Positions 57,118 through 64,000 of a stretch of DNA of 64,000 bases are shown here, one piece after another. Source of the DNA: Minisyncoccota bacterium (lineage in GTDB: Bacteria; Patescibacteriota; Minisyncoccia; Phycocordibacterales; SBAW01). Both the position numbers and the translations under genes were made by a program. The stretch spans positions 18,546 to 82,545 of the forward strand of contig DASZRD010000006.1 in the NCBI GenBank assembly GCA_035549255.1, written 5' to 3'. A model generated the notes under the pieces. The model was not told the DNA's origin, made no database searches, and saw only the letters and a program-made list of their open reading frames with translations. Positions within the stretch are counted from its first letter, which is position 1, and every line of letters begins with the position of its first letter.

Positions 57118-57821
57118 AAAAGCAATCTTTCATAATTACACTCGCAACCATCGCCCTATTTTTTGCTGCTGCTCATGCCGCCTTTGCGGCGCCGGCCACA
57201 AGCGTTACCGGGGGAGACAACGCCGGCCTCAAGTGCGATAGCAGCGGCAACTGCACTTACGTACCCCTCGAGCCACTCCCTGGCTATGACCAAGCGCAGC
57301 CAACTGACCTCGGCTCGTTTCTTACACTCGGCTTTCGGGTCATCTTTTCCCTCAGTGCCATCTTCGCAGTGATGATGCTCGCCTTCGCCGGCGTGCAATA
57401 TATGGTTTCTGACGTTGCGCATGTGAAGGCATCGGCCATGGACCGCGCCTGGGCCGCCATATATGGAATACTCATACTCGCCGGATCATGGCTCATCCTC
57501 AACACCATCAACCCACAGCTCCTCAATTTCAACTTCCAAGTTCCTGGCTCTGGTTCAATTGGTGCACCGGGCAATACGACCGGCGTCAGCGCCTCCGGGA
57601 GCGGCGGCAACGGTACGGGCTCGAGCATTCCTGAAATCACTGTTACTGTTCCGTATGTGCATATCTATCAGTCTGATGACACTGCAACTAGGAATCAAAA
57701 GTATCAATCACTTAAGAGTCAGTGTACCGGAGCGAGACATATTGTTGTAAATAACTATACCGGCACTGACGTCAACGGGAGTTACGTTGAGGTGGAGTGT
57801 GTGGGCAATCAATCACAATGA
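57114..57821 (+). CDS. TrbC/VirB2-like pilin domain protein
   Basis: Signal peptide, YVPLEPLPG, two hydrophobic helices (AGVQYM...AIYGILILAGSWLILNTINPQL), variable Cys-containing C-terminus. Confidence 0.75.
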   Translation: MKKQSFIITLATIALFFAAAHAAFAAPATSVTGGDNAGLKCDSSGNCTYVPLEPLPGYDQAQPTDLGSFLTLGFRVIFSLSAIFAVMMLAFAGVQYMVSDVAHVKASAMDRAWAAIYGILILAGSWLILNTINPQLLNFNFQVPGSGSIGAPGNTTGVSASGSGGNGTGSSIPEITVTVPYVHIYQSDDTATRNQKYQSLKSQCTGARHIVVNNYTGTDVNGSYVEVECVGNQSQ

Positions 57822-59059
57822 CTACACAACGCATGATCTACATAGTTGGCGGAGTTATAGCAGTACTGCTAGTTATATGGAGTATATGGTTCCTGTTCTT
57901 TAAGAGCTCGGCAACTCCTTCAACATCACAAGAGGGGAGCGGTTTTGGGGTAGGGGACGATCGCACGATAAACGTTACTTCGACCTCCGGCTCCGACGCT
58001 TCGGATAATACGGCCGTATCTCTACCGTCTTCAAACGGGCAGCTGGTCTTCAAGATAGCCGATGGCCCCGTCACGACGGCGGCTCTCATCCAGACATCAA
58101 ACCCAACCACGACATTGGCGCGCTATGTGTTGCAGGAAAATGGCCATGTATTCGACCAGGTGATCGACAACCCGGGCGCCGTGCCGCGAGCAATATCAAA
58201 CACCACCATCCCCGGGACTGAGCGTGGCGTGTGGCTTAATGGAAATGCCGTCATACTCCAATATCTCGACGATACGAATATTAAAAGCGTGTATTTGGGG
58301 TTCCCGCCGCAGGCAACCAGCACGGCACCCGCTACGCGACCCGTGCAGATAAAATTCCTGCCGGACAATATCGAGGATGTAGCGGGGTCGCCCGACGGCT
58401 CGAGTATCGCCTATCTCCTCCCGTCAGCATCCGGCATTACCGGCTATACCGCCAAAGCAGACGGGACGGGAAGCAAGAATCTTTTCTCCATGCCGCTTTC
58501 GGACTTTGTTATCTCATGGCCATCAGCATCGACTCTCTTGCTGCAGACAAAAAATTCTTCCTCGGCTCCTGGAGCAGCATTCTCGGTTAGCGCACAAACG
58601 GGCGGCATTGTACCTATCTTGTACGCTTACGGCCTGAGCGCTATAGCCGATCGTACTTTTAGCGAAATTGTATATCGAACGTCCAATGGTACGGGCGGCT
58701 CGACCTTTATACATAGCGTAAAGGCTGGTAACGATATGCCCCTCTCCTTTGATCCTATCCCTGAGAAATGTATTTGGAGCAATGTGAACGCAGTGGTCAT
58801 GTATTGTGCATTGCCATTCCAAAGTTTGCCGACAAATTATATCGACTCATGGCATCAGGGCACCGCGTCGTTGGCAGATACAATCTTTTCATTTAATACC
58901 GCAACGGGGGATAGTACGATTATTGCCTCTCCCGGCACTGCCGATGGCGGCGTCCTCTCGGACATCGCAGAAATGAACATCGCTCCCGACGACTCGTATC
59001 TCGTGTTTATTAAAAAAGGCGACCGCTCTTTGTGGGGCGTCCGCCTTGGCTCACACTAG
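57818..59059 (+). CDS. Hypothetical membrane-anchored beta-propeller-like protein
   Basis: N-terminal TM; SPDG, PEKCIW, YCALP, APDD motifs. Confidence 0.75.
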   Translation: MTTQRMIYIVGGVIAVLLVIWSIWFLFFKSSATPSTSQEGSGFGVGDDRTINVTSTSGSDASDNTAVSLPSSNGQLVFKIADGPVTTAALIQTSNPTTTLARYVLQENGHVFDQVIDNPGAVPRAISNTTIPGTERGVWLNGNAVILQYLDDTNIKSVYLGFPPQATSTAPATRPVQIKFLPDNIEDVAGSPDGSSIAYLLPSASGITGYTAKADGTGSKNLFSMPLSDFVISWPSASTLLLQTKNSSSAPGAAFSVSAQTGGIVPILYAYGLSAIADRTFSEIVYRTSNGTGGSTFIHSVKAGNDMPLSFDPIPEKCIWSNVNAVVMYCALPFQSLPTNYIDSWHQGTASLADTIFSFNTATGDSTIIASPGTADGGVLSDIAEMNIAPDDSYLVFIKKGDRSLWGVRLGSH

Positions 59060-59097
59060 GCGAGACAGGTTCGCCTGCGTTAGACCGCGCTTGCGGC

Positions 59098-59550
59098 TTA
59101 CGAACCCTGGTATTTGAGGACAATGTGGCGGAATTTGCCCTCGCCCGCCGACTCGGTCTTGATGTCGGGATCGTTCGAGAAGAGTTCGTGCACGACGAGG
59201 CGCTCGTAGGGGCTCAGAGGCTCCATCTCGACATCGTGCTTGAAGAGCCGCGCGCGCTGGGCGAGCATGCGGGCATTGGCGCGGACCGCCTCCATCTTCT
59301 CCTCGTAATAGCCGTTTATGTCGATAAGAAAGCTTGCCGCCTCCTCGCCGTACCTGGTTTCCGCGAGCCGACGGGCGATCGTGTTGAGCGCGCGGACATG
59401 GTCGCCGTGCGGGCCGATCAGATCTTTGGAATCTTTGGAAGAGACTGCTACCACGGTGCGCTGTTCGCCCACGATGTCTATCGTCTCGGCCTCATACCCG
59501 AGCGCCGCAAGCAGGGAAGAGGCAAGTGTTTTGAGCGAAGCGGCATCCAT
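59098..59550 (-). CDS. Jag/KhpB-like KH + R3H RNA-binding protein (short form)
   Basis: LIGPHG KH loop, IDINGY, ERLVVH R3H, TESAGEG; follows yidC. Confidence 0.88.
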   Translation of the reverse strand: MDAASLKTLASSLLAALGYEAETIDIVGEQRTVVAVSSKDSKDLIGPHGDHVRALNTIARRLAETRYGEEAASFLIDINGYYEEKMEAVRANARMLAQRARLFKHDVEMEPLSPYERLVVHELFSNDPDIKTESAGEGKFRHIVLKYQGS

Positions 59551-59615
59551 AAAAACACAATACCCCACATCCGCCGCTTCGCGCAACGTTTGACAGAAAA
59601 CGGCTCAGTGTATGG

Positions 59616-60332
59616 CTATTTCGCGGCGAGCTGCCGGCGGATGAGAAATTCCTGCAGCAGGGAGAAGAGATTGCCGGTAATGAAGTAGATCGCGACCGCC
59701 GCCGGAACGCTGTAGGAAATGACCCCCATGATGATCGGAAACATGTAGAGCATCATATTGGCCTGCATGCGCTGCGCCGCCTGCTTTTCGGGAGCAAGAG
59801 AAGTAGTGGCTGCGGCCGTGCGGGCGGTGCTGAAGTAGGCGACCAGATATTGAAGGCCCGCCACAAGGATGCTTAGGGCGATAGTGTGGGGCTCAAGAAG
59901 GTTAAAAATGCCGAGAAAGTCAACATTAACCGCAGCCGGCGCATGGACAAAGGAGTAGAGGAGCCCAGTCGAGACATGGGGCAGCCCTTCGCGAAAAAAT
60001 GCGAAATAAAGGGCCAGGAATATGGGAATTTGGACAATAAGGGCTACCAGGCTCGCGAAGGGGCGTATCTTCTTCTCCTTATAGAGCGCCAGTGTGTGGC
60101 GGGCTTTCGCCTCGGAATCGTCCTTATACTTGCGGTTTATTTCATCGAGCTCGGCCTGCGCCGACTGCATCCCCATCTGGGTGCGTATCGAGGCGGCAAA
60201 CGCCGGGTAGAAGAGGACGCGCATGAGGATAGTAAGGGCGATGATGGCAAGGCCGACGCTCCCGCCCGGGGCAACCCCGATAAAGAATATGAAAATGTTA
60301 TAGAGAGGCTTAACGAGGAGAGTTTCAAACAT
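59616..60332 (-). CDS. yidC: Membrane protein insertase YidC/Oxa1
   Basis: GLAIIALT..R, QIPIF, AVAIYF...QE; synteny with rnpA-rpmH. Confidence 0.93.
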   Translation of the reverse strand: MFETLLVKPLYNIFIFFIGVAPGGSVGLAIIALTILMRVLFYPAFAASIRTQMGMQSAQAELDEINRKYKDDSEAKARHTLALYKEKKIRPFASLVALIVQIPIFLALYFAFFREGLPHVSTGLLYSFVHAPAAVNVDFLGIFNLLEPHTIALSILVAGLQYLVAYFSTARTAAATTSLAPEKQAAQRMQANMMLYMFPIIMGVISYSVPAAVAIYFITGNLFSLLQEFLIRRQLAAK

Positions 60333-60639
60333 GAAGAAGCGTTTTTAGGTTCGAGCTGAAGGCAGTCGCAAGGTCGCCGGGGGGTATGGACTGTACAAAC
60401 AGTATCGCATGCCCGGTGGGGGGCAGGGAAGCCGCCCCAAGCGCGCGGTAGCCCGCCCGGCGCAGCCGGTTGCGCATGACGGCGGTCTTGGCGACCTTTT
60501 TCGATACCACCACCGCACAACGGAAAACCGTTGTCGTTTCTAGGTATTTGAGCGAAAACGGCCCCGCCCGGCGGGTGCTGCCCCGGGAGAGGACCTCGCG
60601 TACTTCATCCGCGCGCAGTCGGCGGCGAGAGGGGATCAT
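60325..60639 (-). CDS. rnpA: Ribonuclease P protein component
   Basis: VVSKKVAKTAVMRNRLRR. Confidence 0.92.
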   Translation of the reverse strand: MIPSRRRLRADEVREVLSRGSTRRAGPFSLKYLETTTVFRCAVVVSKKVAKTAVMRNRLRRAGYRALGAASLPPTGHAILFVQSIPPGDLATAFSSNLKTLLHV

Positions 60640-60774
60640 TTACACGGTCAGGCGGGCGCGGCCTTTGCGGGCGCGGCGCTTCATGGTCTTGCGGCCGGAC
60701 GTCGTGCTCTTGCGCTTGAGGAAGCCGTGCGCGCGGGCACGCTTGCGCTTCTTGGGCTGATACGTTTGCGACAT
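60640..60774 (-). CDS. rpmH: 50S ribosomal protein L34
   Basis: Manual translation [44 protein letters not shown]. Confidence 0.97.
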   Translation of the reverse strand: MSQTYQPKKRKRARAHGFLKRKSTTSGRKTMKRRARKGRARLTV

Positions 60775-60789
60775 AGGGCCTATAGTAGC

Positions 60790-60820
60790 CTATCCCCACG
60801 TTCTCCACAACTTGTACACA
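60790..60820. other. DnaA-box-like sites upstream of dnaA (oriC part 1)
   Basis: CTATCCCCA, TTCTCCACA, TTGTACACA at 11-bp spacing. Confidence 0.55.
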
Positions 60821-60880
60821 AAAACGGGCGTTTTGACCAAGGTATGGGGCGAGCGTATTCTTAGGCGTATCGTGCAGACT

Positions 60881-62215
60881 ATGACGACCACAAAAGAACT
60901 CTGGGAAAACGCGCTCGTCGAGCTTGAGTTGGTCATTTCGAAAGCGAACTTCAATACCTGGTTCAAAGACACGCATCTTCTGCGCGTAGAGGAAGGCGTC
61001 GCGTACCTTGGCGTGCCTTCGCAATTCGCCCGCGACTGGCTGTCGACCAAGTTCCATAAGGATATCCTCCACACATTGCGCGGGCTTTCCGAAAATATTC
61101 GCACCGTCGAGTACGTAATCTCCCGCGGCTCAAAAAAGGCCTCCGAGGAGGTGCCGGCCGCAGCGCCGACCGAGCTCCCGCTCGAGTCAGTCCATCAGAA
61201 AACCAACCTCAACCCGCGCTTTACGCTCGCTTCTTTCGTCGTGGGGCCCTTCAACGAGCTCGCGCACGCCGCCGCGCAAGCGGTCATTCGCAAGCCGGGA
61301 ATAGCCTACAACCCGCTTCTAGTCTACGGCCCAACCGGCTTGGGGAAGACCCACCTTATCCAGGCTATCGGCAACCACTTCCGCGTGAACGCCCCCGACC
61401 GCAAAGTGCAGTACATGACGTCGGAGAAATTCGCGATGGATTACGTATCATCGCTTTCCTCCGGCAAGGTGCAGTGGTTTAAGGAGAAATACCGCCAATA
61501 CGACGTCCTTATCATGGATGACGTGCAGTTCCTCGCCAAGATGGACAAAATCAAGGAAGAATTCTTCCACCTCTTCAATTTCCTCCATAACAACAACAAG
61601 CAGCTCGTATTTACGAGCGATCAGCACCCCAATGTCATCCAAGGCCTTGAAGACCGCCTGAAGTCGCGACTCAATGCGGGCATGATCGTCTCGGTAACGC
61701 CGCCGGACCACGAGTCCCGGCTCGCCATCGTGCGCGCCAAGGCGGCGCAGCACAACTTTATCGTCGCCGACGACGTAACGGAGTATCTCGCTTCGACCGT
61801 GGAGGGCAATGTGCGCGAGCTCGAAGGCGCCCTTAACACGCTCCTTATACAGTTCGAGATGCGCGGCAAGCCGATCGCGCTTGCCGACGCAAAGCTCCTC
61901 CTGCGCGGGGCTGGGAATGCCGCCAAAAAGGCCGTATCGGTGCAGGAGGTGGTGAAAACGATCGCCAACTTTTACGGTATCGAGGAAGCGAGTATTTACG
62001 AGAAGACGCGCCGCAAGGAAGTAGTGCGGCCCCGGCAGGTCATCATGTTCCTCCTGCGCGAGGATTTCCACATCTCATTCCCCACCATAGGCGACAAGCT
62101 CGGCGGCCGCGACCACACCACTGTCATCCACTCCTGCGAAAAAATAAAAAATGATCTCCATTCCGACTCGGTGCTCGGACAGGAAATCCACCAGATCAGA
62201 CTCATGTTGAAATGA
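60881..62215 (+). CDS. dnaA: Chromosomal replication initiator DnaA
   Basis: NPLLVYGPTGLGKTHL, DDVQF, EEFFHLFN, NVRELEGAL, GGRDHTTVIH. Confidence 0.98.
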   Translation: MTTTKELWENALVELELVISKANFNTWFKDTHLLRVEEGVAYLGVPSQFARDWLSTKFHKDILHTLRGLSENIRTVEYVISRGSKKASEEVPAAAPTELPLESVHQKTNLNPRFTLASFVVGPFNELAHAAAQAVIRKPGIAYNPLLVYGPTGLGKTHLIQAIGNHFRVNAPDRKVQYMTSEKFAMDYVSSLSSGKVQWFKEKYRQYDVLIMDDVQFLAKMDKIKEEFFHLFNFLHNNNKQLVFTSDQHPNVIQGLEDRLKSRLNAGMIVSVTPPDHESRLAIVRAKAAQHNFIVADDVTEYLASTVEGNVRELEGALNTLLIQFEMRGKPIALADAKLLLRGAGNAAKKAVSVQEVVKTIANFYGIEEASIYEKTRRKEVVRPRQVIMFLLREDFHISFPTIGDKLGGRDHTTVIHSCEKIKNDLHSDSVLGQEIHQIRLMLK

Positions 62216-62413
62216 TGGGTATAACTATGGGGCGAACTGTTGAAATCCGCATGATAATCCACACCATAAAAAATCTTACACACACTCATCCTCACCAAAT
62301 CAAGCGCTTATCCTTTTTACACAGGCAAGAAATACCGATAATTAAAAGCCTTTAGCCGACTTATCACCACTCTCCACACCTCTAGTAATAGTAATAGGAT
62401 TAAAAACACTGAT
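62216..62413. other. Probable oriC (dnaA-dnaN intergenic)
   Basis: AT-rich spacer with DnaA-box variants TGGGTATAA, TAATCCACA, TTTTACACA, CTCTCCACA and a TAGTAATAGTAATAG trio-like run. Confidence 0.7.
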
Positions 62414-63511
62414 ATGAAATTCGAATCCCCAACAGAACAATTCCTTTCGGCAGTGTCGCTCGCATCGCGATTCGTCGAGAAGCGCGCCAATCTCCCGGTG
62501 TTAGGAAGCATTTTACTTGTTGTGGAACGCGGACGGATTATTTTGCGTGCCACCAACCTTGAGTGCGGCGTCGAGGTGTCTATTCCGGCGAAGGTGTCGC
62601 AGGAGGGGATCACTGCAGTGCCCGGCTCGGTACTTGTCGGGTTCCTTGGCAACGCGCGCGGCAAGTCGGTGACAGCAACGCTTACGGGCGGCACGCTCAA
62701 GGTAGAGGCTGACCGAGCCTCTGCCTCGATTAAAGTCGTGCCGCACGAGGATTTCCCGACTTTGCCACAAGTATCAGCCTCCGCCTCTTTCAGCGCCAAG
62801 GCGGCCGATATAGCGCGATTAGTGCGAAGTGTGGCGTATTGCGCCTCGACGTCGGCTATCAAGCCAGAACTTCAGAGCGTGCTCATCTACGGCGAGGGCA
62901 ATAAGCTTATTGCGGCCGCAACCGACTCCTTTCGGCTCGCGGAGAAGACCGTCCCGCTGCGCTCGCAGGGGAGCGTGCCGCAGCTCCTCCTCCCAGCACG
63001 CAACGCAGTAGAATTTAACCGTATCCTAGAAACGGGGAGTGGCGACGTTGAGGTCTACTACAACGAGCACCAGATATCGTCGCATATTGGGAACGTATAT
63101 TTCACGAGCCGGCTTATCGACGGCGCCTTCCCGAACTATCGCCAGATTATCCCCAAGGAGTTCTCGACCGAAGCGGTCGTGTTGCGCGAGGATATGTCCT
63201 CGGCGCTCAAATCCCTCTCGATATTCGCCGACAAGTTCGCACAAGTGTCGCTCGCAATAGAGCCGAGCAAGAAGTCAGTACTCCTTACTTCGCGCAATCC
63301 GGATGTAGGTGAGCAAGTTTCTACCCTCAATGCAACAATTTCCGGCGAGCCAGTTGCAGTAAATTTCAATAGCAAATATTTGGCCGATAGCCTCCAGCCG
63401 ATCGCGGGCGAAAGCGTGCGCCTTCACTCCAACGGCCCCGGCAAGCCGCTCCTTGTCAAAGATGCCTCAGAAGATTCCTTCTTCTACCTAGCAATGCCGA
63501 TGAATCGGTAG
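62414..63511 (+). CDS. dnaN: DNA polymerase III beta clamp
   Basis: LPVL, ATNLE, DFPTLP, ATDSFRL, SRLIDGAFPNY, LAMPM. Confidence 0.97.
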   Translation: MKFESPTEQFLSAVSLASRFVEKRANLPVLGSILLVVERGRIILRATNLECGVEVSIPAKVSQEGITAVPGSVLVGFLGNARGKSVTATLTGGTLKVEADRASASIKVVPHEDFPTLPQVSASASFSAKAADIARLVRSVAYCASTSAIKPELQSVLIYGEGNKLIAAATDSFRLAEKTVPLRSQGSVPQLLLPARNAVEFNRILETGSGDVEVYYNEHQISSHIGNVYFTSRLIDGAFPNYRQIIPKEFSTEAVVLREDMSSALKSLSIFADKFAQVSLAIEPSKKSVLLTSRNPDVGEQVSTLNATISGEPVAVNFNSKYLADSLQPIAGESVRLHSNGPGKPLLVKDASEDSFFYLAMPMNR

Positions 63512-63537
63512 TTGACTTGAAGAATTTTTTTCAACTT

Positions 63538-63912
63538 ATGGAGGTTACATTTAAAAATGAATTAAAGATAATAAAAAAGTATCGGACTCCTACGAAAGAG
63601 GCTGATGATTTGAAAAAAGCACTCGAAAAAAGAGGTGTACGTGTTTTAGTGGAAGTTCATGATGGTTATAAGCATGTTGATCTTGCTATCCCTAGTGCAA
63701 AAATAAACATTGAAGTTGATGGCATTCAGCATCTTACTAATCCTAAGCAAATAGTGGCTGATTTAAACCGCGGATATTATTCTCACAAGAATGGATTTAA
63801 TACGATGCACATTCCAAATGAGATGATTCGTAATCATCTGGAAGAAATTTCTGAGGCGTTAGCTGAGGCCTCAAAAATGAGAGAAAAAGTTCTCTATATT
63901 CATCTGGACTGA
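63538..63912 (+). CDS. DUF559/Vsr-like endonuclease domain protein
   Basis: PTKEA, VDLAI, IEVDGIQH motif; markedly AT-rich. Start could be TTG 63517. Confidence 0.75.
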   Translation: MEVTFKNELKIIKKYRTPTKEADDLKKALEKRGVRVLVEVHDGYKHVDLAIPSAKINIEVDGIQHLTNPKQIVADLNRGYYSHKNGFNTMHIPNEMIRNHLEEISEALAEASKMREKVLYIHLD

Positions 63913-64000
63913 CAAGTTGATTCTTCCTAGATACTCGTACTCGTGGTAGTTGCGGGCGTGAGAGTTTGGTTGGTGTTGCCTATGTAGCCGTGGCTCACGA

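Noticed and set aside
63927-64000. Possible 3' end of a minus-strand CDS at the window edge
   Set aside because: Only about 23 codons are visible, too few to support a call.
1-64000. Alternative genetic code (UGA=Gly, as in Gracilibacteria)
   Set aside because: Conserved genes are full length under code 11 and dnaA ends at a TGA at its expected C-terminus.

Overview
A chromosomal segment around the replication origin (rpmH-dnaA-dnaN at the right end) of a standard-genetic-code bacterium. The gene content and gene forms (split ComEC, trigger factor without a PPIase domain, PrgI/VirB4/VirB6-like cluster beside yidC-rnpA-rpmH, divergent S12) suggest Patescibacteria/CPR, probably Parcubacteria; this is inference. 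It is mostly housekeeping genes (rpsL/G/O, rpmB/H, nusA, pnp, rny, clpP, tig, pgk, tpiA, recJ, pcrA, rsmA, cca, xth, a Xer-type recombinase) plus four tRNAs, competence genes and several cell-wall or surface proteins. The most striking unexplained element is a ~1.5 kb minus-strand transcription unit (14756-16308). In it, four covarying copies of a double-hairpin motif alternate with three small orphan ORFs and a final ~200-nt structured RNA. Other highlights: a window-wide signature of leaderless transcription (-10 box 6-8 nt before the start codon) contrasting with SD-led single-gene cassettes, a catalytically degenerate PilB/GspE, a surface protein with whole domains inserted into scaffold loops, ssrA-like AANDN motifs on T4SS-locus proteins, A73 tRNA-Gly and tRNA-Arg(UCG), and a parS-like cluster. 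All calls are by eye from sequence motifs; no database searches were run.
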